The notes under the pieces are model-generated. The model was not told the DNA's origin and did not search any database. It saw only the letters and a list, made by a program, of their open reading frames with translations. Made by a program: the position numbers and the translations under genes. A stretch of DNA of 64,000 nt from NCBI GenBank assembly GCA_021780815.1, contig JAJXYC010000009.1, forward strand, positions 31,157 through 95,156. Reading direction: 5' to 3'. Within the stretch, counting starts at the first letter, position 1; each line of letters starts with the position of its first letter. Below, one piece after another: positions 1-10,530 of this stretch. Source of the stretch: Bacteroidota bacterium. GTDB taxonomy: Bacteria > Bacteroidota > Ignavibacteria > Kapaibacteriales > UBA2268.

Positions 1-54
1 ACTTATAATATTATGTGCAATTCATAATTTATTGCGGGAATAGTAACAAAAAAG

Positions 55-2229
55 TTACTCTAATCTTTTGAATAAATTTAATAAGATTTTCTTTGCGGCT
101 TGGGGCACAATAGTTCCAGGACCAAAAATATCAGTAACACCTGCACTGTAAAGAAAATCATAGTCTTGTTGTGGAATTACTCCACCGCAAACAATTAGAA
201 TATCGCTTCTTCCAAGTTTTTCTAATTCTTTTATTAATTCAGGGATTAAAGTTTTATGTCCAGCTGCCAAAGAACTAACACCAACGATATGTACGTCATT
301 TTCTACTGCTTGTAAAGCAGTTTCTTGGGGAGTTTGGAAAAGAGGACCTATATCTACATCAAAACCTAAATCAGCAAAAGCAGTAGAAATGATTTTAGAA
401 CCACGGTCGTGTCCATCTTGTCCCATTTTAGCAATTAAAATACGAGGCCGCCGACCAAATTTTTCTTCAAATTTATCTGTGAGCTCTATGATTTCATCAA
501 TTTCCATTTTATTCCCAAATTCTGAACTATAAATTCCACTAATAGATTTAGTCTGAGGCTTGAAACGACCAACCACTTTTTCAATTGCAAAAGAAATTTC
601 GCCAAGAGTAGCTTTTTTTCTTGCCGCTATGATAGAAAGAGCGAGCAAATTACCTTCATTAGATTCGACTGCTTGCGAAATTGCATTTAAAGCATTTTGA
701 ACATCTTTTTCGTTTCTATTGGCTTTAAGTTGTTGAAGTCTTTGGATTTGATTATTTCGTACGGTAGTATTATCTATATCTAAAATTTCAATAGGTTGTT
801 CATTTTTTGGTTTGAACTTGTTTACACCAACTATAGTTTCTAAATTAGAATCTATTCGTGCTTGACGGCGAGTAGCGGCTTCTTCAATTTTCATTTTAGG
901 TATGCCAGTGTCAATAGCTTTTGTCATACCACCTAATTCCTCAATTTGCAGTATGTGGTGCCAAGCTTTTTTAATTAACTGGTCAGTTAAAAATTCAACA
1001 TAATAAGAGCCACCCCAAGGGTCAATAACTTTTGTGATATTAGTTTCTTCTTGTAGAAAAATTTGAGTATTTCGAGCAATTCTTGCTGAAAAGTCAGTAG
1101 GCAAAGCAATGGCTTCATCTAATGCATTTGTATGGAGTGATTGTGTATGCCCAAGGACGGCAGACATTGCTTCAATTGTTGTTCTGATAACATTGTTGAA
1201 TGGGTCTTGTTCAGTTAAACTCCAACCAGAAGTTTGGCTATGAGTTCGCAAAGCCAGAGATTTAGGGTCGCTTGGATTGAACATTTTAATTATTTTTGCC
1301 CAAAGGATACGAGCGGCACGTAATTTAGCAATTTCCATAAAGTAATTCATTCCAATGCCCCAGAAGAAAGAAAGACGAGGGGCAAATTTATCAATATCCA
1401 ATCCTGATTTAATGCCAGTACGAACGTATTCTAATCCATCGGCAAGAGTATATCCTAATTCTAAATCAGCAGTTGCACCCGCTTCTTGCATATGATAGCC
1501 TGAAATCGAGATACTATTAAATTTGGGCATAAATTCAGAAGTAAATTTAAAAATATCGGATATAATTCGTATTGAGATTTCGGGGGGATAAATAAAAGTG
1601 TTGCGGACCATATATTCTTTCAGAATATCATTTTGAATAGTACCAGAAAGTTGTTCTAATTGAACACCTTTCTCTTCGGCAGCGATAATATAGAAAGCCA
1701 TAACAGGCAAGACAGCTCCATTCATAGTCATAGAAACAGAAATCTTATCAAGGGGGATTTGGTCAAATAAAATTCGCATATCTAAAATGGAATCAATAGC
1801 AACACCAGCCTTACCAACATCACCGACTACTCTTGGATTATCTGAATCATAACCACGATGAGTAGCCAAATCGAAAGCAACGGATAATCCTTTTTGACCA
1901 GCGGCAAGATTACGACGATAAAAAGCATTACTTTCTTCTGCTGTTGAGAATCCTGCATACTGACGTATAGTCCAAGGTTTGGTTACATACATCGTTGGAT
2001 AAGGTCCTCTTAAATAAGGTGGAATACCTGCAGTATATCCAAGATGTTCCAAATTTGCTATATCTGCATCGGTATAAATCGGCTTAATATCTATATTTTC
2101 TAAAGTGGAATTAAAATATTCTTCTGGGCTTTTCCCGTATTCTTTTTCAAATTTGCTTGCCCATTCATAATAACTTATTTTACGAGTTTCGTATTGAAAA
2201 TCAATTTTTGAAAAATCTGGCTTCTTCAT
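55..2229 (-). CDS. mutB: Methylmalonyl-CoA mutase large (alpha) subunit with fused C-terminal B12-binding domain
   Basis: 724 aa. Conserved MCM core ([43 protein letters not shown]) and a C-terminal cobalamin-binding Rossmann-like segment ([34 protein letters not shown]). Confidence 0.9.
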   Translation of the reverse strand: MKKPDFSKIDFQYETRKISYYEWASKFEKEYGKSPEEYFNSTLENIDIKPIYTDADIANLEHLGYTAGIPPYLRGPYPTMYVTKPWTIRQYAGFSTAEESNAFYRRNLAAGQKGLSVAFDLATHRGYDSDNPRVVGDVGKAGVAIDSILDMRILFDQIPLDKISVSMTMNGAVLPVMAFYIIAAEEKGVQLEQLSGTIQNDILKEYMVRNTFIYPPEISIRIISDIFKFTSEFMPKFNSISISGYHMQEAGATADLELGYTLADGLEYVRTGIKSGLDIDKFAPRLSFFWGIGMNYFMEIAKLRAARILWAKIIKMFNPSDPKSLALRTHSQTSGWSLTEQDPFNNVIRTTIEAMSAVLGHTQSLHTNALDEAIALPTDFSARIARNTQIFLQEETNITKVIDPWGGSYYVEFLTDQLIKKAWHHILQIEELGGMTKAIDTGIPKMKIEEAATRRQARIDSNLETIVGVNKFKPKNEQPIEILDIDNTTVRNNQIQRLQQLKANRNEKDVQNALNAISQAVESNEGNLLALSIIAARKKATLGEISFAIEKVVGRFKPQTKSISGIYSSEFGNKMEIDEIIELTDKFEEKFGRRPRILIAKMGQDGHDRGSKIISTAFADLGFDVDIGPLFQTPQETALQAVENDVHIVGVSSLAAGHKTLIPELIKELEKLGRSDILIVCGGVIPQQDYDFLYSAGVTDIFGPGTIVPQAAKKILLNLFKRLE

Positions 2230-2261
2230 ATTTTTTCTTTATTAATAATATTACATTTAAT

Positions 2262-4250
2262 TTATAAACAACTATCTTGAATTCTTTTTAAAGTTTCGTA
2301 AACATTAGATTTTAAGTGAATAAATTCGTCAATGCCTAAATTTTGATATTCATCAACTTTATCTTCTGGGAAACCAGATAAAATAATAAAAGAAGAAGGA
2401 TTTTTCTTTTTTATTAAAGGGACAAGTTTGGGGACAATAGTTTCATATTTAACATCAGAAGAGCAAATCGCTATAATATTAAAAGGATTATTCTCATCTT
2501 CACTTAAAAAGTATTGATTTGCTTCTTGTAAATTTGTAAAAATTGGACTATTTGTTATTTTAAATCCACCTATGCCCATGAAGTCATTAGCAAAATCGTT
2601 ACGTGGTTTCCATTCATTTAAATCACCGAAGTTAAATAAAAGTATATTAGGGAAATCCCCGTGTTTAGATTTAAATTTCAAGGCTTTATTTCGTAATTTT
2701 TCAAAATCTGATGCAAATCGTACTAATTGCAAAGGTGGTATAACAAATGCTTTTTGTTTATACATTATATTTTTTCCATTGCTAAAATGGTAGCCAATAT
2801 CTTTTTTGGGAGGTGCCTCTTCAACATAAGCATATTTATTTGTACCAACTAGAATCTGTTTTCTTGTTTTATAATGCTGTTTTTGTATTCCTGCGATAAA
2901 GTTCAACTCAGTTTGAATATTGCCATTTGTAATATTATCTAAAAACCCACCGTCTTTTTCAGTTGTTTGTATTTTATCCCAAGTTTTTTGAATAATTTCA
3001 GAAGTGAGTTCATCAACAAAATAAGAGCCGGCAACGGGGTCAATAGTATCAAGTAAATGTGCTTCATGAAGTAGGACTAATTGAGTGTTGCGAGCAATTC
3101 GACGAGAGAACTCATTTACAATGCCATAAGCAAAATCGAAATTAGAAACCTCAATACTATTTGCATTTCCCAAAATAGCCGCTAATGTTTCAACTGTTCC
3201 TCTCAAAATATTTACCCAAGGGTCAAATATAGTTTTATTTCTTAAAGAAGTTGCACAATGTATTTGCATATTGCAATTTTGTTCATCAGCACCATATTCT
3301 TTTATAATTTTAGCCCAGATAAAACGAGCGGCACGCAATTTAGCAATTTCCATAAAGAAATTAGAACTAACGCTAAAAGAAAAACGAATAGTTCTTATAA
3401 TCTCATTAATATTTAATCCTCTTGCAAGCAATTGATTTATTGTTTCAATAGCATAAGTAAAAGTAAAAGCAAGTTCTTGAACAGCGCTTGCACCCGCATT
3501 ATGGAATAAACTTCCATTAATAGTTATTATTCCAAAATTAGAATATTCTTCGTTAAATTGTTTAATGACTTTTGCCAGTAGATTATAAAGTTGCGAAATT
3601 GGTTTTGCAGAGCCACCATTGACTAATACTTCACTAAGTATATCAGAGCCTAAATTTCCGAATATTTTATTTTTGTTATAAATTTTAGTAGAAATATAAG
3701 AATCAAAGAGGAGAGCAAATTCAAAGAAAAAATCACCTGAATTGAAGTAAATTGGGTATTTTGTTAAATCAACTCCTTCAAATGCTTGTTGAAAAGCAAC
3801 AAGATTATTTAACTTTAAACCACAATCAACACTTTCATCTGAAAACTGCTGGTATTCATTTCTATTAATAAAGACATTAATAGCATCTTGTCCAGATTGT
3901 AAATCGTTGATTAATGCATCATTAAACATTTGTGGTGCATAATAAGGAATTATTTGGGCTATTTCCCATTTGTTTTTGATATAACCTGCCGCAGAATTTC
4001 CCCGTAAATATGGTTCAAATCCAGGGAAATTTACAAAGTCTTTTACAAAATTTTGTGAATCGATTAAATTATAAATTGGTTTTAAAATAATTTCTTCATA
4101 AGTATCAGTCATTAATTTTTTTTCAAAAGGAGAACCTTTGAGGGATTTGATAGATTCTTCTTTCCATTCTTCATAAGTAGGTTTGGGAAATTCATTAAAA
4201 TTAATTTTGTCAGGAATGTTCATTTTAGCCTCTGCATAATTTGAATTCAA
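2262..4250 (-). CDS. mutA: Methylmalonyl-CoA mutase small (beta) subunit
   Basis: 662 aa and directly upstream of mutB on the same strand. Shares the MCM fold motif [19 protein letters not shown] but lacks a B12-binding tail. Typical mutA-mutB arrangement. Confidence 0.8.
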   Translation of the reverse strand: MNSNYAEAKMNIPDKINFNEFPKPTYEEWKEESIKSLKGSPFEKKLMTDTYEEIILKPIYNLIDSQNFVKDFVNFPGFEPYLRGNSAAGYIKNKWEIAQIIPYYAPQMFNDALINDLQSGQDAINVFINRNEYQQFSDESVDCGLKLNNLVAFQQAFEGVDLTKYPIYFNSGDFFFEFALLFDSYISTKIYNKNKIFGNLGSDILSEVLVNGGSAKPISQLYNLLAKVIKQFNEEYSNFGIITINGSLFHNAGASAVQELAFTFTYAIETINQLLARGLNINEIIRTIRFSFSVSSNFFMEIAKLRAARFIWAKIIKEYGADEQNCNMQIHCATSLRNKTIFDPWVNILRGTVETLAAILGNANSIEVSNFDFAYGIVNEFSRRIARNTQLVLLHEAHLLDTIDPVAGSYFVDELTSEIIQKTWDKIQTTEKDGGFLDNITNGNIQTELNFIAGIQKQHYKTRKQILVGTNKYAYVEEAPPKKDIGYHFSNGKNIMYKQKAFVIPPLQLVRFASDFEKLRNKALKFKSKHGDFPNILLFNFGDLNEWKPRNDFANDFMGIGGFKITNSPIFTNLQEANQYFLSEDENNPFNIIAICSSDVKYETIVPKLVPLIKKKNPSSFIILSGFPEDKVDEYQNLGIDEFIHLKSNVYETLKRIQDSCL

Positions 4251-4389
4251 TAAACAAAAATTAAGGCTATTTTGGTAAAAAATAGTCTTAAAATGTAAAT
4301 ATGTAACTCATAAATTATTCATTTAAATAAATTTTCGTTCAATATAATATAAATTCTTTAAAATATATTATATTCAAAATTACGAAAAT

Positions 4390-5433
4390 TTAATAAATTA
4401 ACAAGGCATCACCAAAAGCATAAAATCGATAGTTATTCTTTATAGCTTTTTTATAAGCCTTGAAGAGAAAGTCTCGTCCGGCAAAAGCTGATGATAAAAG
4501 AATTGAAGGTGTTTTTGGTAAATGAAAATTAGTTAATAAATAAGAAACTATTCTAAAATCATACGAAGGATAAATAAATTTATCAGTCCAGCCCCGACTT
4601 TGTTTAATTGCCTGAGTAGTCAAATAGGAACTTTCCAAAGCTCTGGCAACACTTGAGCCAACGGCAATGATTTTCTTTTTATTTTTTAAAGCTTTATTTA
4701 TAATTTCTGCATTCTCTTTTGTAATTTCATAAGGTTCAGTGTACATACGATGTTTAGTAAGGTCTTCAACTTCAATTTCATCAAAAATTGCTTGCCCGAT
4801 AGTAACATTAACACGTGCAAATTTTATACCTTTTTCTTCTAATTTTGTTACGAACTCTTGTGAAAAGTGTAAACCAGCTGATGGTGGTCCAATTGAAGAT
4901 AAATATTTATCATTCGCAAAAACTGTTTGATAATATTCTTTATCTTTTGTCTCTGGTTGACGATTTAAGTAAGGTGGAATTGGCATCATACCAATTTTTT
5001 CAATAACATTAAAAAGATTATCTTGGTAACTAAATCTAACTGTTCGACCACGATTTGTAGTATTATCTATAACTTCGCAATAAAATTTGTAATCATCAAA
5101 ATATATTTTATTTCCTATACGAACCTTCCTAGCAGGTTCAACCAAAACGTCCCACAATTTTTCTTCGGCATTTAATTGTCTCAGCAATAATACTTCTATT
5201 TCAGCGTCGGTTTTTTCTTTATGACCGATTAACTTTGCAGGAAATACTTTTGTTTCATTGACTACGATACAATCGCCTGGTTCCAACATATCACATAAAT
5301 GCCCTATTGTTTTTTCTCTAATATCGCCTGTTTTTCGGTTCATTACCATCATCCGGGCGGCTTCTTTGGGTTCAATAGGGTATTCTGCAATTAAGTTCTT
5401 TGGAACTTGGTAAACAAAATCAGATAATTTCAT
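4390..5433 (-). CDS. queA: S-adenosylmethionine:tRNA ribosyltransferase-isomerase
   Basis: 347 aa. N-terminus MKLSDFVYQVPKNLIAEYPIEP and overall length are typical of QueA. Confidence 0.88.
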   Translation of the reverse strand: MKLSDFVYQVPKNLIAEYPIEPKEAARMMVMNRKTGDIREKTIGHLCDMLEPGDCIVVNETKVFPAKLIGHKEKTDAEIEVLLLRQLNAEEKLWDVLVEPARKVRIGNKIYFDDYKFYCEVIDNTTNRGRTVRFSYQDNLFNVIEKIGMMPIPPYLNRQPETKDKEYYQTVFANDKYLSSIGPPSAGLHFSQEFVTKLEEKGIKFARVNVTIGQAIFDEIEVEDLTKHRMYTEPYEITKENAEIINKALKNKKKIIAVGSSVARALESSYLTTQAIKQSRGWTDKFIYPSYDFRIVSYLLTNFHLPKTPSILLSSAFAGRDFLFKAYKKAIKNNYRFYAFGDALLIY

Positions 5434-5574
5434 TGTTATTCTTTAAATTGTTGATAATTATAACTTGCTTATTATTCAATTATTTAGGATTTTTTTTTAT
5501 ATATTGTAAAAAATATAATATACATTTATTAACGTTATTAACTTTAATTTATTGATATTTATTGTTTTTTTTAT

Positions 5575-6222
5575 TTATTTTGGAATAAATTCTTGTAAAT
5601 AAATTGGCTCAAATTCATTAGATTGAATAAACTGATTATTCTGGTAAAATCTATAAGAAGTTTCAGCTAATACCCAAGGATGGATAAAATTATTTGTGTT
5701 TAAAAAAGGTCTGTCTGATATTTTGTAATTTCCTGCGATGAAAGATTTTTCTTTTGGTTGAATTTCTTGAATTTTTTCAAATATTGGTTGGGAAATTACA
5801 TTTGAGTTTAAGTTAAAAAGTTGATGATAAGCCATTCCTGAATTAGCCGTTAAAATTGTTTCGATTTGTGTGCAATTTAAAAGTTTAGCAATTTCTTCAG
5901 ATTGAACTGAAAAAAGCAATAATGTTGGCAGGGAAATTAATTTAGGGGTATTATCAATTGTTAAGCCAATTGCAAAAGCGGCACCAATTCGTAATCCTGT
6001 GAAAGAACCCGGACCAGAAGAAATTGCAACTGCATCTAAATCTGCAATTCCTAATCCTAAATTACTTAAAGATTGTTTTGCCATTTGGGCGAGAAGTTTA
6101 TCGTGCAATTTTTTAATGTTTATAGAATTTTCGGCAATTAAAGTATTTCCAGAGGAAATTGCAATTGTGCAAATTTCTAATGATGTGTCTAATGAAAGTA
6201 TTAAAGGGAATTCTTTTGACAT
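5575..6222 (-). CDS. tsaB: tRNA threonylcarbamoyladenosine biosynthesis protein TsaB (YeaZ-like)
   Basis: 215 aa. N-terminus LILSLDTSLEICTIAIS... and GPGSFTGLRIG motif of the Kae1/YgjD/YeaZ family, short inactive-paralog form. Confidence 0.8.
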   Translation of the reverse strand: MSKEFPLILSLDTSLEICTIAISSGNTLIAENSINIKKLHDKLLAQMAKQSLSNLGLGIADLDAVAISSGPGSFTGLRIGAAFAIGLTIDNTPKLISLPTLLLFSVQSEEIAKLLNCTQIETILTANSGMAYHQLFNLNSNVISQPIFEKIQEIQPKEKSFIAGNYKISDRPFLNTNNFIHPWVLAETSYRFYQNNQFIQSNEFEPIYLQEFIPK

Positions 6223-6363
6223 AATTTTTAGATGAATTAAATTTTACTTTTTTATTTTCCTGAAATTTATATAATTAAAGTTTTAATATTAATAAAAAAA
6301 ATATATTATATAAAATTACAATTTAATGTTGCAAAGAAATTAAAATCAAATCAAGTAATCAAG

Positions 6364-7095
6364 TTAAAATTTAAACTTAATGATTTTTTCTAACATAATT
6401 TTATTAATATTTTCCGATGCAAAATCATTAACATTAATAATTTCAATTTGATGTTGAATATTTTTGTTATTTAAGATGTCACCAAGTCTATAAGACTGAT
6501 TAATCAAATCCCAATTGCTATCTTCGGCAAGTAAATATACACTTTTTTGAGATTGCAAAAACGACAACCAATAATCCTCAGTGAGATTAGGCAAATAATG
6601 AAGAGGAGAATTAAAATAACAATTACTATCGTAAAAAGCACCAGAAAGCCAGCGGATATCGTAAAATCCATTAGCACCGATAGTTCCTATAAAAACATCG
6701 GGTCTGCGGAAATAAGTATTTACAGCATGAAATGCACCGATACCACCACCAGCAGTTATTATTGGGACAGGTGAACCATTATCTGAGAAAATAAACGGTA
6801 CAACATCATTCATTAGATATGCATTAAATTTATAATGATTATCAGATCGTTCCTTTGGAGAAAGAGATTGATTTTGCCAACTATCTAAATTGTTGGCTTC
6901 AATTGAGAATAGTTTAATATGTCCTTTTTCAATCAATGGAGCCAGCGATTTGATAAGTCCAACTTGTTCCCATTCAGTGGGGTCGTCATCAGTAATTGGA
7001 AAAAGTAAAAAATTTATTCCATAATGACCGAAGACATGAACTTGCATATTCTTCCCCAGAATATCACTTTTGATTGTATATACTTCTTTTCTCAT
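6364..7095 (-). CDS. Putative esterase-family (alpha/beta hydrolase fold) protein, possibly non-catalytic
   Basis: 243 aa with overall resemblance to the putative-esterase/esterase D family. The expected GxSxG nucleophile elbow appears as AGGGIGA, so serine may be absent. Confidence 0.4.
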   Translation of the reverse strand: MRKEVYTIKSDILGKNMQVHVFGHYGINFLLFPITDDDPTEWEQVGLIKSLAPLIEKGHIKLFSIEANNLDSWQNQSLSPKERSDNHYKFNAYLMNDVVPFIFSDNGSPVPIITAGGGIGAFHAVNTYFRRPDVFIGTIGANGFYDIRWLSGAFYDSNCYFNSPLHYLPNLTEDYWLSFLQSQKSVYLLAEDSNWDLINQSYRLGDILNNKNIQHQIEIINVNDFASENINKIMLEKIIKFKF

Positions 7096-7122
7096 ATTTA
7101 TGGTATTTTATATATTAAAAAA

Positions 7123-8265
7123 TTAATATGCAAGATTTAAAATTTCATAAAAATCAGATGTATCAAGTTTTATAATTCTACCTAACCGTCCATAATCTTG
7201 GACACATTTGATAATTTTACTAAAATCTGATTTATCAAAGCCAATTTCTTTTAAAGTAATGGGAGAACCCCATTCTTTAAATTTATCTTTCATTGCTTGT
7301 ACGCCGTCAAGGACGCTATTTGTATTCCAAACATTTTTAGCCCATCTTTCAAAAATAAATTCTTTGCTTTTGAAAACATAAGTAATCCAAGCAGGGAATA
7401 ATACGGATAATCCTTCGCCATGAGCAACGTTAGGATTAATTGCACTTAAAGCGTGTTCTAATCCATGTGTAGTCCATTCGCCTCCGCTCATAGAAACAGA
7501 TGTTACTCCATTTAAAGCAAGTGTAGAACACCAGGCAAAATTAGCTCTTGCATTATAATCATAAGGTTCGGAATGAAGTTTATCTATTTGTGAAATTATT
7601 GTCCTTTGGACAGATTCATTAACAGCTATGGTAACTTCGGCATCTATTCCCATAAAATAATTTTCCATCAAATGAGATAAAGAATCAACACCGCCGTTTG
7701 CTGTTTGTCTTTTTGGTAAACTCATTTGTACTGCTGGGTCAATAATTGTAACTTTTGGGAAGACCAAAGGACTACCAAATGACCATTTTTTTAATTCTTT
7801 TTCATTACTTAAAACAGCAAATGAATTCATTTCTGAGCCAGTTGCTGAAAGTGTGAGAATGACAAATAGAGGCAGTGCTTTTTGGGGAACTACTTTTTGT
7901 TCAAAAACATCCCAAATATTAGGTATGCCAACACTCACAGCAATTGATTTGGCTTCATCAATTACTGAACCACCTCCAACTGCTAATATTGCTTCCACTT
8001 TATTGTCTGCGGCGTATTTCTTTGCTAATAATGCGTGTTCTAATGTAGGGTTCGGACGAACATCCCAAAATTCAAATACTTCAATATTATGTTTAAATAA
8101 ACTATGTTGTACTTGCGAATAAACACCATTTGCCTTAATTGAACCGCTTCCAGCTAAAAGTAATATCCTCGAATAACCTGCTTTTTTTATCTCTTCTCCT
8201 ATATTCCCTATTGTATTTTTCCCGAATATTATTTTTGTTGGATTATGAAAAGTGAAATTATCCAT
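7123..8265 (-). CDS. Iron-containing alcohol dehydrogenase
   Basis: 380 aa. Fe-ADH family signature GGGSVIDEAK, NAD-binding N-terminal region and metal-binding His cluster (HGLEHALSA). Confidence 0.85.
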   Translation of the reverse strand: MDNFTFHNPTKIIFGKNTIGNIGEEIKKAGYSRILLLAGSGSIKANGVYSQVQHSLFKHNIEVFEFWDVRPNPTLEHALLAKKYAADNKVEAILAVGGGSVIDEAKSIAVSVGIPNIWDVFEQKVVPQKALPLFVILTLSATGSEMNSFAVLSNEKELKKWSFGSPLVFPKVTIIDPAVQMSLPKRQTANGGVDSLSHLMENYFMGIDAEVTIAVNESVQRTIISQIDKLHSEPYDYNARANFAWCSTLALNGVTSVSMSGGEWTTHGLEHALSAINPNVAHGEGLSVLFPAWITYVFKSKEFIFERWAKNVWNTNSVLDGVQAMKDKFKEWGSPITLKEIGFDKSDFSKIIKCVQDYGRLGRIIKLDTSDFYEILNLAY

Positions 8266-8361
8266 AGTTTGTTTATTTTTGTAATTAAAAAATATAAAAT
8301 TATTTAAAATTAGTAACTAAATTAAATTGTAAAACGTTTAAATGATATTAAAATTTATAAA

Positions 8362-9171
8362 ATGAAAAATAAACTTTTTAATATTAAAACAAATAAAACA
8401 AAAATAAAATTGAACAAAAAATTAAAAATTAAAAGCATAGTTATATTAGCAGTTTTATGTTCATTACAATTAGTTATTGTGAAGGATGTAACTGCTCAAA
8501 TATATAGTAATAAAAGCGATTTAACAAAATTAGATGGGAAAAATCAAGATACTTTAACCAACAATAAATTTGCTGATGAAGATGTAAAAACTTCGTCAGG
8601 AGCGGCAAGTAAATATAAAAGCTATCAAGATTCAATATTTCAACATTTTTTGAATATGAAAGTTACAGCACTAACATTATTTCATTTTAATTTATCATTA
8701 AGCGATGAAGAGTGGGCGGCAATAACGAAGAGTAATAGTGATTTGCCATATCAAGCGGCATTAAAAAGTTTAGCAGTTGTTCCACCTTCTGCTTTTATAC
8801 CATCAGGGCAAGAACAAGTGCTTTATGAATCAAATCTTGAAGCCGCTCAATATATCCCATTTGTTAGCCAACCAAAATATGGATTAAAAATCCCATTTCA
8901 CGATATAGGACAATTTTTAGGCTTAATAGAAGATACAAGTCCAGATATTTATTATTCAATTGATTCGCCAGAATATATACAAGTTGTTATTTATTCTTTG
9001 CAAGGAATAGTTATTGCAAAAATTTATGATGGTAAGCAAGCACCTGGAAATTATAAACTTACTTGGAATTTACGTGATGATAATGGTCGGAGAATGTCAT
9101 CTGGGGATTATATTGGTGAAGTCCGTATTGGGAATAGTAAATTTTTACGTAAAAGAATTGTTGTGCCTTAA
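8362..9171 (+). CDS. Secreted hypothetical protein with T9SS (Por) C-terminal sorting domain
   Basis: 269 aa with a basic N-terminus and hydrophobic signal region. The C-terminal approx 70 aa (VVIYSLQGIVIAKIYDG...GDYIGEVRIGNSKFLRKRIVV) fit the T9SS CTD pattern. Confidence 0.5.
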   Translation: MKNKLFNIKTNKTKIKLNKKLKIKSIVILAVLCSLQLVIVKDVTAQIYSNKSDLTKLDGKNQDTLTNNKFADEDVKTSSGAASKYKSYQDSIFQHFLNMKVTALTLFHFNLSLSDEEWAAITKSNSDLPYQAALKSLAVVPPSAFIPSGQEQVLYESNLEAAQYIPFVSQPKYGLKIPFHDIGQFLGLIEDTSPDIYYSIDSPEYIQVVIYSLQGIVIAKIYDGKQAPGNYKLTWNLRDDNGRRMSSGDYIGEVRIGNSKFLRKRIVVP

Positions 9172-9183
9172 TCTTTATTAATT

Positions 9184-9645
9184 ATGATATTAGATAGAAA
9201 TACTCTTTCAAAAGTTCTTTTTGAACTAAAGTTACAAGGAAAGAAAATTGTTTTTACAAATGGTTGTTTTGATATAATACACTCAGGTCATATATACTAT
9301 TTAACTGAAGCCAAAAAATTAGGTGATTTTTTAGTTGTTGGATTAAATTCTGATGATTCAATACGTAGATTAAAAGGTGAAAATAGACCGGTTAATATAG
9401 TGTCCGATAGAGCTATTGTTCTCTCTGCTCTCAAACCAGTTGATTTTGTCTGTGTTTTTGACGAGGATACCCCGTACAACTTAATTGATTTATTTCTTCC
9501 TGATGTATTAGTTAAAGGAGGAGATTACACAGAAGAAACTGTTGTTGGAGCAGATGTTGTTAAAAATAACGGAGGAAATGTTGTTCTTATTCCTTTTATG
9601 GCAGGCAAATCTACTACTAATATTATTAATAAAATGAAAGAATAA
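9184..9645 (+). CDS. Cytidylyltransferase-like protein (RfaE domain II / D-beta-D-heptose 1-phosphate adenylyltransferase-like)
   Basis: 153 aa. Nucleotidyltransferase motif [17 protein letters not shown] (HxGH) and a length matching standalone RfaE-II/HldE C-terminal domain proteins. Confidence 0.75.
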   Translation: MILDRNTLSKVLFELKLQGKKIVFTNGCFDIIHSGHIYYLTEAKKLGDFLVVGLNSDDSIRRLKGENRPVNIVSDRAIVLSALKPVDFVCVFDEDTPYNLIDLFLPDVLVKGGDYTEETVVGADVVKNNGGNVVLIPFMAGKSTTNIINKMKE

Positions 9646-9756
9646 ACACGCTTTATATTTTCTTTCAAATTAATAAATTTTCTATTACTTTAAAATTTAA
9701 GCAGTTTAATAATAAATCAATCCTTTCGTCTTTAATCTCCAAATTATAGGTTAATT

Positions 9757-10107
9757 ATGGTAAATATTGAAACTTTTGAAAACCAACATCCATATAGGGA
9801 TTACGAAATTATTCACGTTAATCCAGAGTTTACTTCACTTTGTCCAAAAACAGGATTACCTGACTTTGGGACTATTACTGTAAAATATATTCCAGATAAG
9901 CTTTGTCTTGAACTTAAAGCACTGAAATATTATTTTATGAATTATCGCAATCAAGGCATATTTTACGAAGATGTTACTAATAAAATTTTAAATGATTTGG
10001 TTGAAGTTTGCGAACCAAAATATATGGAAGTCAAAACAGAATGGACTACAAGAGGCGGTATGAATTCAATAATTACAGTTAAATTCGAAAAGGGAAAAGA
10101 TGATTAA
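9757..10107 (+). CDS. queF: NADPH-dependent 7-cyano-7-deazaguanine reductase
   Basis: 116 aa, unimodular QueF. EFTSLCPKTGLPDFG motif with the catalytic Cys, in a T-fold protein. Confidence 0.9.
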   Translation: MVNIETFENQHPYRDYEIIHVNPEFTSLCPKTGLPDFGTITVKYIPDKLCLELKALKYYFMNYRNQGIFYEDVTNKILNDLVEVCEPKYMEVKTEWTTRGGMNSIITVKFEKGKDD

Positions 10108-10525
10108 AATAGGTAAAGAATATCATTGGGAAATGAGCCATAGATTGCCTTTTTATGAAGGGCTATGTTGGAATATTCACGGGCATTCATATAAAATGAT
10201 ATTAGAACTTGAAGGAACACTCAATGAAAATGGTATGTTACTCGATTTTTATGAAATCGATAAAATCGCATTGCCTATTATAAAAGAATATGACCATAGT
10301 TTAATTGTAAATGATAAAGACAATAAAGTTATTGATTTTTTGAAAGAAAATAATTTTAGGCATAAAATTCTTGGATCAACATCTACAAGTGAGAATTTAG
10401 CTCAACATTTTTGTAATTTGTTTAAAGTAGAGTTTGCTAAACATCAAAATGTTAAAATAGTTAGAGTAAGGGTTTACGAAACACACGATGCTTACGCCGA
10501 AGTAACTACCAAATGCAATGAATAA
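10100..10525 (+). CDS. queD: 6-carboxy-5,6,7,8-tetrahydropterin synthase
   Basis: 141 aa PTPS-family protein. EMSHRLP...CxxxHGHSY zinc-binding motif. Overlaps queF by 8 nt. Confidence 0.88.
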   Translation: MIKIGKEYHWEMSHRLPFYEGLCWNIHGHSYKMILELEGTLNENGMLLDFYEIDKIALPIIKEYDHSLIVNDKDNKVIDFLKENNFRHKILGSTSTSENLAQHFCNLFKVEFAKHQNVKIVRVRVYETHDAYAEVTTKCNE

Positions 10526-10530
10526 AGAAA

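Noticed and set aside
2572-2793. Numerous 60-100 aa ORFs antisense to or overlapping large genes (e.g. 2572..2793, 4739..4930, 12329..12631, 15372..15575, 16125..16409, 32639..32854, 37196..37450, 43319..43609, 59739..60113)
   Set aside because: They are embedded within well-supported conserved genes on the opposite strand or in alternate frames, have low-complexity AT-driven composition and no start or RBS context.
4251-4389. Looked for a cobalamin riboswitch upstream of the mutA-mutB operon
   Set aside because: The region is plain AT-rich sequence without a B12-box-like element. MCM genes are usually not riboswitch-controlled.
9646-9756. Looked for a preQ1 riboswitch in the leader of queF-queD
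   Set aside because: No recognisable preQ1-I hairpin with an A-rich tail or preQ1-II motif could be identified by eye. Left unassigned.
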